Source of the DNA: Pseudomonadota bacterium
GTDB lineage: Bacteria > Bdellovibrionota_B > Oligoflexia > Silvanigrellales > Silvanigrellaceae
DNA length: 37,984 nucleotides
Direction of reading: 5' to 3'
Assembly (NCBI GenBank): GCA_039799905.1
Contig: JBDLRP010000044.1
Location: 1-37,984, forward strand
Under the pieces are notes generated by a model. That model saw nothing but the letters and a program-made list of their open reading frames with translations, did no database searches and had not been told where the DNA came from. Both the position numbers and the translations under genes were made by a program. Below are positions 27,227 to 35,202 of the stretch, piece by piece (the first letter of the stretch is position 1; the number at the start of each line of letters is the position of its first letter).

Positions 27227-28435
27227 ATGTTGCTGACAGTTGCTCTTCGAAGCCTGATGAGAAACAAAAGACGCACACTCGTTACCCTTGCGACCGTTGC
27301 AGTGGGTGCGGCTGCACTGTTCGTGTTTCGCGGATTCAATACTGGATTGTTGAATGAATATCGTGAGAATGCGGTTCATGCCCATTACGGGAATGGACAG
27401 GTCAACACACAAGGCTATCGGGACAAGGTTTTGGCCAAGCCATGGGAGGCTTGGATTGGTGAGCCCGAGCAGGCGCTCAAAGGATTGCTCTCTATTGAGG
27501 GTGTCGAAAAAGTGTTCCCGCGGCTGGAGTTTGCCGCGCTTGTATCCAATGGAACTCGTTCGCTCGGATCACGCGGAGTGGGTATCGACGGCGCTGCGGA
27601 AAGCGGTTTTTTTTATACAATCAATGTTGTCGAGGGACAGCCGCTGCGAGGTGAAGCCGAAGGTATCGTACTCGGTAAGGGATTGGCATATTCGCTCGAC
27701 GTGAAGGTCGGCGACCGGATCACTCTGCTGACCAACACGATATACGGAACGCTCAACGGAGCGGATTTCAACGTTGTCGGAATCTTCCATACAGGATCAC
27801 GCGAACTGGATGATGGATTTTTTCAAATACAATTGCCGCAAGCACAAAGACTTCTTGATACACCCAAGGTAGAGAAAATTTCACTCGGCTTGCGAAATCA
27901 CGACGATTGGCCGGCAGTCGAGAAAAAAATTGAGCAGATGATGCCTCAGCTGGAGGCGACTCCGTTCGAGATACTCGACAAAATTTACTATCAGAATTCG
28001 GTTGATTTTTTGAATGCGCAGTATCTCATCGTGCGGATGATTATTCTTTTTGTCGTGGTACTGGGTATTTTCAATACGGCGACCTCTTCGATTCTTGAAC
28101 GTACTCAGGAAATCGGCATGTTGCGTGCGAATGGCGAGTCGCGCCGTGAAATTCTCTCACTCATAGCTTTGGAAGGCTGTATCTCTGCACTGCTTGGTGC
28201 TTGCCTGGGCTTATTTTTTGTGTGGCTTGCCAACGTCACAATTTTAAAAGACGGATTCTATATGCCACCCGGACCTGGAATCACACGTTCATTTAAAACG
28301 TACATCGAGTTGCAGTTTCCCATGGCGGTTGAGGCTCTGGTTCTGGTCGTCATTGCAGGAGGACTGGGAAGTCTACTTGCCGCTTTCAAGGTGCTGCGCA
28401 TGACCATCAGTCAGGCGCTTCGTCAGGCAGGCTGA
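27227..28435 (+). CDS. ABC transporter permease (FtsX/MacB/LolC type)
   Basis: RNKRRT plus TM1, large periplasmic loop, ERTQEIGMLRANG, three further TMs; starts right after the ATPase stop. Confidence 0.92.
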   Translation: MLLTVALRSLMRNKRRTLVTLATVAVGAAALFVFRGFNTGLLNEYRENAVHAHYGNGQVNTQGYRDKVLAKPWEAWIGEPEQALKGLLSIEGVEKVFPRLEFAALVSNGTRSLGSRGVGIDGAAESGFFYTINVVEGQPLRGEAEGIVLGKGLAYSLDVKVGDRITLLTNTIYGTLNGADFNVVGIFHTGSRELDDGFFQIQLPQAQRLLDTPKVEKISLGLRNHDDWPAVEKKIEQMMPQLEATPFEILDKIYYQNSVDFLNAQYLIVRMIILFVVVLGIFNTATSSILERTQEIGMLRANGESRREILSLIALEGCISALLGACLGLFFVWLANVTILKDGFYMPPGPGITRSFKTYIELQFPMAVEALVLVVIAGGLGSLLAAFKVLRMTISQALRQAG

Positions 28436-28442
28436 ACTTCAA

Positions 28443-29141
28443 ATGGGTGTTGCATGGCTCGAATGGAATGGTGTTCTTTATTGGAGCGAATATAGGCGCG
28501 CTCCTCACGAGCCCTGTTCGGCATTGACGCTTCTTGTCGAGGGAATTTGGCAACGATTTCCCGACTCGGCGCATTTTATTTTACGTGCGCGCATTTTCAC
28601 CTCGGAGCCGCTCACGGAGATGTGTCGGGGCGCTGTCGTCGTCTGTGCAAAACGAAGCACATTCGTTCCCCAAGTTCCAGACAATGTTATAGCCCGTATG
28701 AAGGATAGAATTCAGACTGTGAGAATTGCCAACAACAGTCCTGCGCAGTCTATTGCACATGCGCCCGCACAAATCAGCCGCCCCGCGGCTCACCCAGCCG
28801 AATTCAACCGTTCGGTCGAATGTTGGTTACTCGATGCACAGGGGCGGCTACTGGCAACCGCCGCAAACACCTCCGGACGGAACAGGATGCGGCATGCGGA
28901 GATGAACCTGCTCAAGAGTTGGTGGCAGCGCGAAAGACGCCCATTGCCTGCGGGTAGTCGGCTTGTTGTGACACTCGAACCCTGCGCAATGTGTGGCGGT
29001 GCTATTTGGGAGTGTGTCGCCGATAGGGACAACTTTGAAGTCAACTATGTGGCTGCTGATCTTGGTTCTGCTGCCGCGAGATCGGTGCTCCGTGGGCGGC
29101 CCATGCTTCGACAGTGTCCAAACATTGGTCATCCGTTCTAA
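28443..29141 (+). CDS. zinc-dependent deaminase, Bd3614-like
   Basis: HAEMNL and TLEPCAMC zinc/catalytic motifs; extra ~100-aa N-terminal domain (ILRARIFT...EMCRG) as recalled for Bd3614-type proteins. Confidence 0.75.
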   Translation: MGVAWLEWNGVLYWSEYRRAPHEPCSALTLLVEGIWQRFPDSAHFILRARIFTSEPLTEMCRGAVVVCAKRSTFVPQVPDNVIARMKDRIQTVRIANNSPAQSIAHAPAQISRPAAHPAEFNRSVECWLLDAQGRLLATAANTSGRNRMRHAEMNLLKSWWQRERRPLPAGSRLVVTLEPCAMCGGAIWECVADRDNFEVNYVAADLGSAAARSVLRGRPMLRQCPNIGHPF

Positions 29142-29241
29142 TTCCAAGTTTGCGAGACTCATCGCCTTTTATTTGGCCTCGGACTTGCTGAGTCAGCTCC
29201 GAACGCGTCTCATTGGCGCTCATAATTTCAGGAGTCGTGAC

Positions 29242-30324
29242 ATGAGTATCCTTCGCAGTTTCAAATCTTCTCGTCATGGACTGGGTCTGTGGTGTTTGGG
29301 AGCTTTGGCGGTTGTGGCTGGTGCGTGTTCAACTGAAAATTCGCTCGACACGAGCGGCGATGCTCAACCTGCATGGATGCAAAACGACAAAACGGACGAC
29401 GCCAGTGTTCAGAAGGCACTCTCTTCCAGGATGGCGATCCTTGTAAACCTGCAAACAAACAAGACAACCATCTACAAAGACGGCCGCGCGGTGGGACAAT
29501 GGAAGATTGCCAGTGCCGACGTGACGGGTGAATTCCACGACAACGAACCGCAGAACACTCCGACTGGAATTTTTGTTGCTGAAGACATGCAGGCCTGCCC
29601 CGAGTGGTTGCCGCGTTCGCCCACCGATCCGAAAACAGGAAAAGTTGCTGCAAACGAACAGGAGCGCATGGCCATCATCAAGGCCAATCCCGACCTTTTT
29701 GGACCGTGCGGCGCAAAAAACCCGCTTGGAAAATACGTCGTCTGGTTTCATGGTGCGTATGGAACACATGGCAACGCGGCTGAGTGGATTCTCGAGATTC
29801 CTGATCCCGAGAAGCGGCGTGTTTCGGGTGGTTGCATCAGAAACCCTAACAACAAAATCAAAGATCTCTTTCACCAAGTGATTGACACCTATCCAGAGCT
29901 TTCGTCTTTCAAGCCGAAGGTTTCGGCGTTGGAGGCCGCGGCCGAGAAAGACAAAAGGACTCTGACTCAGAGTCTGTCGAAAACGGATTTGAAAGTAGTC
30001 GTCGGCCGATGGGCAAAAGATCCGAGCCTGACGCAGGCTTCCCAACCTTCAAGCCCCGATGCTACACCAACTGCCACGCCTCAGGCGACAGCTACGCCGG
30101 TAGCTCCGCAAAAGACGAAATGCGTTGTGTCGTCGATCAATCCCGACCGCGGAATTGTGCCGGTCTATCTGGCGCTGCCGGCTCAGTTTGACAACGAGCA
30201 CACGTTCTACAGCAAGGGCGACACTGTCATCGTTCTCGAACCGGTTGCTGGCACCAACCTTGTGAAGGTCACCAACGGTTTTGTGGACAAGAAGTATCTC
30301 AGCAACTGTCAAATCCAGAATTGA
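29242..30324 (+). CDS. L,D-transpeptidase (YkuD) lipoprotein with Pro/Thr linker and small C-terminal domain
   Basis: Lipobox VAGAC, TPTGIF, NPLG, YGTHG...VSGGCIR; AGGAG before ATG 29242. Confidence 0.82.
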   Translation: MSILRSFKSSRHGLGLWCLGALAVVAGACSTENSLDTSGDAQPAWMQNDKTDDASVQKALSSRMAILVNLQTNKTTIYKDGRAVGQWKIASADVTGEFHDNEPQNTPTGIFVAEDMQACPEWLPRSPTDPKTGKVAANEQERMAIIKANPDLFGPCGAKNPLGKYVVWFHGAYGTHGNAAEWILEIPDPEKRRVSGGCIRNPNNKIKDLFHQVIDTYPELSSFKPKVSALEAAAEKDKRTLTQSLSKTDLKVVVGRWAKDPSLTQASQPSSPDATPTATPQATATPVAPQKTKCVVSSINPDRGIVPVYLALPAQFDNEHTFYSKGDTVIVLEPVAGTNLVKVTNGFVDKKYLSNCQIQN

Positions 30325-30362
30325 CTCTCTCTCTGCAGAGTCTGTCTGGCCTCATGCACGTA

Positions 30363-30393
30363 GCCCCGGATCAAAACTGATCCGGGGCCTTTT
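30363..30393. terminator. intrinsic terminator between convergent genes
   Basis: GCCCCGGATCA-AAAC-TGATCCGGGGC 11-bp stem followed by CTTTT. Confidence 0.75.
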
Positions 30394-30415
30394 GATTTCG
30401 TGTATTCCGGTCTTT

Positions 30416-32566
30416 TTATTTGTAGAACAGAGCGGACTTTGGAATTGAACGTTTCGTGATCGACGGGCCCTTGTAGCTGACGATCAGACTCTGAACAGAT
30501 GCCTTTTGGAAGTAGCTCACTCGGATTGCATGGTAACCGGCGGTCAGATTGATTGTACCTGCCCGTTCGCGGGACGAATGAACGCCACCGTTTTCAACGA
30601 CAAGAGTTTCGTTAATCCACAGCCTGCTGCCGTCATCTGAGTTTGTGTAGAAGGTGTATGTTCCAGCTCTCGGAACATAAACGTACCCCTCGTACATGAA
30701 CCCGTAGTTGGTGTTCTGTGTTTTCGGTGTGAGCAGGAAGTTGGTAATCGTGCCTGCCTTGACCGGAGCCATCTTTGGAAAGTCAGGAACGTCAGACCAC
30801 GCAACAGGTGTCGTGTAGTAGTTGTAACGGATACCCTGCGTGTACGCCGGAGTTGGTGTCGGTGCCGGTGTTGTCGGAACCGGAGTGGGTGTTGGTGCCA
30901 CCGTCGGCGCGACAGTCGGAGTGGGAGTCGGCGTCGGAGCCGGAGTTGTTGGCACCGGTGTTGGCGTTGGAGCGGGTGTTGTTGGCACCGGTGTTGGCGT
31001 TGGAGCGGGTGTTGTTGGTACCGGAGTTGGCGTTGGAGCTACGGTCGGTGCGACAGTGGGCGCCGGCGTTGTCGGTGCTGGAGTTGGTGTGGCTGTTGGC
31101 ACGGCCATCACTTTGTCGAGAGCCTTCGCCGCGTTGATTCGGGTTCCCGTATCCACTTTTCCGACCAGTGCAGGAACGGCGTCACCGGTTGTCATGATTG
31201 CGTCTTTGATTTGCAGATAAGTCATCGAAGGCTGCTTGCTCCACAGAAGTGTTGCGAGGCCTGCGACGTGTGGTGTCGCCATCGATGTTCCGCTGTAGGA
31301 CTGGTAACCGTTGTTTGGAACAGTACTGAGAATATCGCGGCCGGGAGCAGCGATGTTGACCCCGTCACCGTAGTTAGAGAATGACGATAGCCCATCGGTG
31401 GGGTCGGTCGATGCGATTGCCAGAACGTTGTCGTAGGTCTTACTGTAGTAGGCAGGATAACTGGCTGCGGCGGCAGACTCATTGCCTGCAGCGGCAATGA
31501 AGAGCACGCCCTTGTTCTTCGCAGCTGTCAGTGCGGACGCAATCAGTGCGCTTGCACCGCCACCGCCGTAACTGTTGCTTGTCACACGCGCACCGTTATT
31601 CACGGCATACATGATTCCATCATAGATATCGAAGTTGAACCCAGAACCGTCATCGCCGAGAACCTTCACGGCCATCAGCTTGGCATTCCAGCTCACACCA
31701 GCAACACCGATAGCGTTGTTGCCTTTGCCTGCAACTGTTCCCGCACAATGTGTTCCGTGTCCGTTGCCGTCCATCGGATTGTTGTTCACCCAGTAAAAGT
31801 TCCAGCCCTGAACGTCGTCGATGTAACCATTGGAGTCGTCATCTACGCCGTTTCCTGCAATTTCTTTGGTGTTTTTCCAAATGCTGTCTTTAAGGTCTTC
31901 GTGATTATAATCGATGCCAGTATCGATCACGGCAACCGTGAAGTTCGCATCACCCTGCCAATTATCCCAAGCGGTGGGCGCAGAGATTTTCTGCATTCCC
32001 CAAAGCGAAGGCCATTTTGCATCATTGGGAATTGCGATTGCTCTCGCCTCGAAGTTGGGTTCGGCAAGCACCACAGAGCCAAGGTTGTGCAGCGAGTTTA
32101 TTGCATTCGTGATGCCTTTTTTGCTGATGTCACGCAGATCGAGACGGATGACCTCGTAGGCGTTTTCCGTGTTCGACTTAAGCGAATTCATTTTCAGCTG
32201 GCCTTTTGCAATCGTCAGGCCGTTGATCTCAACCGCTCCGAGTGCTGTCACATTTGCAGCATCGCCGCTGTTTTTGAAATTGCGCACATCACCCGAACGT
32301 TGCTTGAGCGGGAGCGTCTCGCGCCAGTCACTTTTGGCCAGGACAACCAGCTGACCGGCTTTGGATCTCTTGTCCAAGTTTTCTTTCGAATAAGTTTTCA
32401 TAAGAAAATCAGTGTCAATACCGAGTTCTGCTGCTGCGCTGGGAATCGTCACGCCAGCATCACTGACCTGCGAGTTTGACTTTGGCTTCAGACACGCGCT
32501 TGCGATAACCGACATAAGCGCTGCGGCCGTGAGATATGAAAATCTCTGTTTGAGACTCTGAGACAT
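30416..32566 (-). CDS. S8 subtilase lipoprotein with Pro/Thr linker and C-terminal PA14 domain
   Basis: Lipobox IASAC; triad [26 protein letters not shown]-terminal [16 protein letters not shown]...[18 protein letters not shown] before ATG 32566. Confidence 0.92.
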   Translation of the reverse strand: MSQSLKQRFSYLTAAALMSVIASACLKPKSNSQVSDAGVTIPSAAAELGIDTDFLMKTYSKENLDKRSKAGQLVVLAKSDWRETLPLKQRSGDVRNFKNSGDAANVTALGAVEINGLTIAKGQLKMNSLKSNTENAYEVIRLDLRDISKKGITNAINSLHNLGSVVLAEPNFEARAIAIPNDAKWPSLWGMQKISAPTAWDNWQGDANFTVAVIDTGIDYNHEDLKDSIWKNTKEIAGNGVDDDSNGYIDDVQGWNFYWVNNNPMDGNGHGTHCAGTVAGKGNNAIGVAGVSWNAKLMAVKVLGDDGSGFNFDIYDGIMYAVNNGARVTSNSYGGGGASALIASALTAAKNKGVLFIAAAGNESAAAASYPAYYSKTYDNVLAIASTDPTDGLSSFSNYGDGVNIAAPGRDILSTVPNNGYQSYSGTSMATPHVAGLATLLWSKQPSMTYLQIKDAIMTTGDAVPALVGKVDTGTRINAAKALDKVMAVPTATPTPAPTTPAPTVAPTVAPTPTPVPTTPAPTPTPVPTTPAPTPTPVPTTPAPTPTPTPTVAPTVAPTPTPVPTTPAPTPTPAYTQGIRYNYYTTPVAWSDVPDFPKMAPVKAGTITNFLLTPKTQNTNYGFMYEGYVYVPRAGTYTFYTNSDDGSRLWINETLVVENGGVHSSRERAGTINLTAGYHAIRVSYFQKASVQSLIVSYKGPSITKRSIPKSALFYK
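30945..31039. repeat. 33-bp coding tandem repeat ([11 protein letters not shown] unit) within the Pro/Thr linker (~30845-31100)
   Basis: GTTGTTGGCACCGGTGTTGGCGTTGGAGCGGGT exact twice (30945-31010) plus a third diverged partial copy. Confidence 0.85.
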
Positions 32567-32687
32567 CGACTTTCTCCCATTTGAATCTGGTCTGCTGACA
32601 TCGTCCCATGGTAGATTGACAGGCTGTGACAGATCAGCGAACCGCGAAAGTCTTGACACTGCATTTTTCTCAGGGAGGATTTGGTGG

Positions 32688-33143
32688 GTGGAATTCATTC
32701 GCGTTGACGACGTCTTTTCGGTTTATCCGGAAGTTTTTGTTCACCCGGTGAACTGTGTGGGAGTCAGCAAAGACATCGTATCCCGACAAGTAAAGAAGGC
32801 TTGGCCGGATTATTTTCGTGAATACACCCGCGCCTGTATCCGAAAGAAGTTGCAGCCAGCCGAGCCGCTGTGGCACGAGGTCGGCGAGCTCTTCGGAACC
32901 CGTTTTGTGGCGGCACTTCCGCTTAAGTTTCATTGGCAGGAAAAAATGCGTCCTGACGTTGCCCGGCAGGGGTTGGCGGTTTTGATTGATGAGATTTGCA
33001 GGCGACAACTGACCAGTGCTGCCATTCCCATTTTCGATGGTCCGCCGGAGGGCTGGATTGAGCGCGAGATCTCGAAACTTCTTGAGGCGAAACTGTCACC
33101 ATCTTTGCAGGTCGTCTACTTGTTTAACAGCGGTGCTGAATAG
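32688..33143 (+). CDS. macrodomain protein (DarG/Poa1p/TARG1-like), divergent
   Basis: [41 protein letters not shown] before GTG 32688. Confidence 0.72.
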   Translation: MEFIRVDDVFSVYPEVFVHPVNCVGVSKDIVSRQVKKAWPDYFREYTRACIRKKLQPAEPLWHEVGELFGTRFVAALPLKFHWQEKMRPDVARQGLAVLIDEICRRQLTSAAIPIFDGPPEGWIEREISKLLEAKLSPSLQVVYLFNSGAE

Positions 33144-33241
33144 CACTCGAAATTTTTTTTTAACAATTACGGTCTATTGTGTTTTTTATGAAGTGGCCTC
33201 GGTCTTGCTCCTCGGGGCGCACCATGAGGAGGAGTACTGTT

Positions 33242-34138
33242 ATGCGCAAGACGTTCGGAACGGGAATCAAGATTCTTTCGTGCGTTTGGCTCTCGCTGTT
33301 TGTTGTTGCATGCGGTGGAGCCGACAAGCAGGCAGTTTCACAAACCCTGAGCACTGCTACGGCTCAAAAAGATGAATTTGAGCCATTCAATAACCCGCGT
33401 TTTCAAAGCGCGATGGATTCCCACTTCAATCGCGGCAGCGACAGCAATACGCGGTGGAGTGTCGAGGTTCTTGCGCACGGCCCACGCGGACAAAAACTTT
33501 CACTTTATTCGAAAAGTTCGGCTACCTCGGTGAAACCAGCCTCAACAATGAAGATACTGACAAGCTGGACTGCATTTCAGGAGCTCTCCAGTGCATCGCA
33601 AATCGGTTCTGAGAAATTCAATTACATTCGCGAGATGATGAAATATTCAGACAACACTATGGCTGACAATGTTTTGTCGTGGAGCGGCGGAATCAGCGCG
33701 GCGTATGAAATGCTGACAAACTTTGGAATCTCCCGCTCGGCCAATTTGCGCATCGTCGACGGAAGTGGTCTGAGCTATGACAACAAACTTTCAGCTCATG
33801 ATCTCGTTCAGCTGCTATCAGAGATTCGCAAGTCGGATAAGATGAAAGCCTTCAGGGCGCTTTTGCCTGTGGCCGGAATAGACGGCACACTTGCAGGACG
33901 CATGACAAACATCAAAGGTACGGTTGCTGCCAAAACCGGAACTCTCATCAACGACCCTACGGCGGCCCTTGCAGGTTATGCAGACAGCCAGACAGGCTGG
34001 CAGGTTGTCTTTGCGATGTTGGGCGACAGTGTCTACACGGTGGATGCCGGTCGTGACTCCATTGACGACGCGATGAACGAGGTCATCAACACGCTCAATT
34101 ACCTGCCGGGTGGCTCGAGCGTTGCTTCAGTCAGGTGA
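33242..34138 (+). CDS. dacB: compact S13 D-Ala-D-Ala carboxy/endopeptidase (DacB/PBP4-like) lipoprotein
   Basis: PASTMK (SxxK), SDN, DGSGLS, LPVAGIDGTL, AKTGTL; lipobox VVAC; AGGAGGAG RBS. Confidence 0.85.
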   Translation: MRKTFGTGIKILSCVWLSLFVVACGGADKQAVSQTLSTATAQKDEFEPFNNPRFQSAMDSHFNRGSDSNTRWSVEVLAHGPRGQKLSLYSKSSATSVKPASTMKILTSWTAFQELSSASQIGSEKFNYIREMMKYSDNTMADNVLSWSGGISAAYEMLTNFGISRSANLRIVDGSGLSYDNKLSAHDLVQLLSEIRKSDKMKAFRALLPVAGIDGTLAGRMTNIKGTVAAKTGTLINDPTAALAGYADSQTGWQVVFAMLGDSVYTVDAGRDSIDDAMNEVINTLNYLPGGSSVASVR

Positions 34139-34148
34139 GGCGCGGGGG

Positions 34149-34652
34149 TTACTTCGCAGCTGCATCCTTGGAAAGATGACGAGCGATGAAATGGAAATAC
34201 GACCGTTCGTCAAAATCGGGCTCGAGGAGCTTGCCGTCTGCGGATGTGACTTTCAGGTGAAACGATTTGTACTGGTCCTGAATAGGAACCTCTACACCCA
34301 CCTTCAAAAGGTGGGTTTCGCTTGAATCGGTATCGGGGCAATAAAAGTGCGCAAAAATTGATTCAACTGTGATTTTTCCGTCGAAAAACTCGTCTATCAT
34401 GTTGAATTGTTCAACGAGCCAGACCGGAGTGTTGACGTAGTTGAGTGGACACTTGAGGCGCTTGGTCATTCTCAGCCATTGCAGGAGGCCGGATGAATTG
34501 GCGCGGTTAACTTTGGAAAGATCCAGTGAGACGGCTCCGCCTTTTGCTGACTTTGATGCCTCGACAACTGCCGACTCGACTACCTGCAGGTCGACATGCT
34601 CGTTCAGAATACCCTCGAGGCTCACCAGTTGACCTTCTTGTTTCACAAGCAT
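34149..34652 (-). CDS. STAS-like hypothetical protein
   Basis: SLEGILNE...SLDLSKVNRANSSGLLQW resembles the STAS phospho-loop (D..V..xSSG); VEQFNMI and FYCP follow. Confidence 0.6.
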   Translation of the reverse strand: MLVKQEGQLVSLEGILNEHVDLQVVESAVVEASKSAKGGAVSLDLSKVNRANSSGLLQWLRMTKRLKCPLNYVNTPVWLVEQFNMIDEFFDGKITVESIFAHFYCPDTDSSETHLLKVGVEVPIQDQYKSFHLKVTSADGKLLEPDFDERSYFHFIARHLSKDAAAK

Positions 34653-34741
34653 GCTTGGACTTCCTCAGAAAACGTACTTTGCAATACTGAGAGTACTCTA
34701 CATGAGAAACGGAGGGATGAGGAGTCTATCTTCTGGCGTAT

Positions 34742-35146
34742 TCAACCTTTGACCGTAAAACCGAGCCTTTCAAGAATTTGACGCACGCGCTGCAAATCAT
34801 CCACCTGCAGAATGATCTCACCTGAATCCTCGTCGCAGGTGCCACCGCAGGCGAGAGTCTGTTTGAGTTTTGCCTGCAGTGCCCTGAGCGCCGATGAGTT
34901 TTTGCCAGCGGGGTCTGAGAAATCGTACAGCACCGAGACGGGCTTGCCCGCCCTGCCCTTGACCTCTCTGCGCAATTTGACGACCCCACTTTTGAGCTCT
35001 GCACTCGATGCCGTAGTAGCAGAGGGCTGGGTCGTTCCGTGGCTTTCCCCGCCGCGGATTTGCACTGCAACGGCATCGCTCGGAGCTGATGAAATCAGGT
35101 TCCCCTGCAATTCCAATTTTATTGGCTTTTTACGCTGTGTGGTCAT
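34742..35146 (-). CDS. yciH: translation initiation factor SUI1/YciH family
   Basis: RREVKGRAGKPVS, LKQTLACGGT, EIILQ, LERLGF. Confidence 0.88.
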   Translation of the reverse strand: MTTQRKKPIKLELQGNLISSAPSDAVAVQIRGGESHGTTQPSATTASSAELKSGVVKLRREVKGRAGKPVSVLYDFSDPAGKNSSALRALQAKLKQTLACGGTCDEDSGEIILQVDDLQRVRQILERLGFTVKG

Positions 35147-35202
35147 GGCAACTCATCTAAATTCGTTGGTTGCCCTTAGACTTTCAAGTGCTTAATGAAA
35201 AG

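Noticed and set aside
30845..31100. 33-bp repeats as a CRISPR array, and the Gly/Val-rich + strand ORF 30840-31220
   Set aside because: The units are contiguous with no spacers, are a multiple of 3 and encode the Pro/Thr linker; no cas genes are present; the + strand ORF is the antisense shadow
35147..35202. Frameshifted receiver domain after the kinase stop
   Set aside because: Only 56 bp separate the stop from yciH, leaving no room for a REC domain
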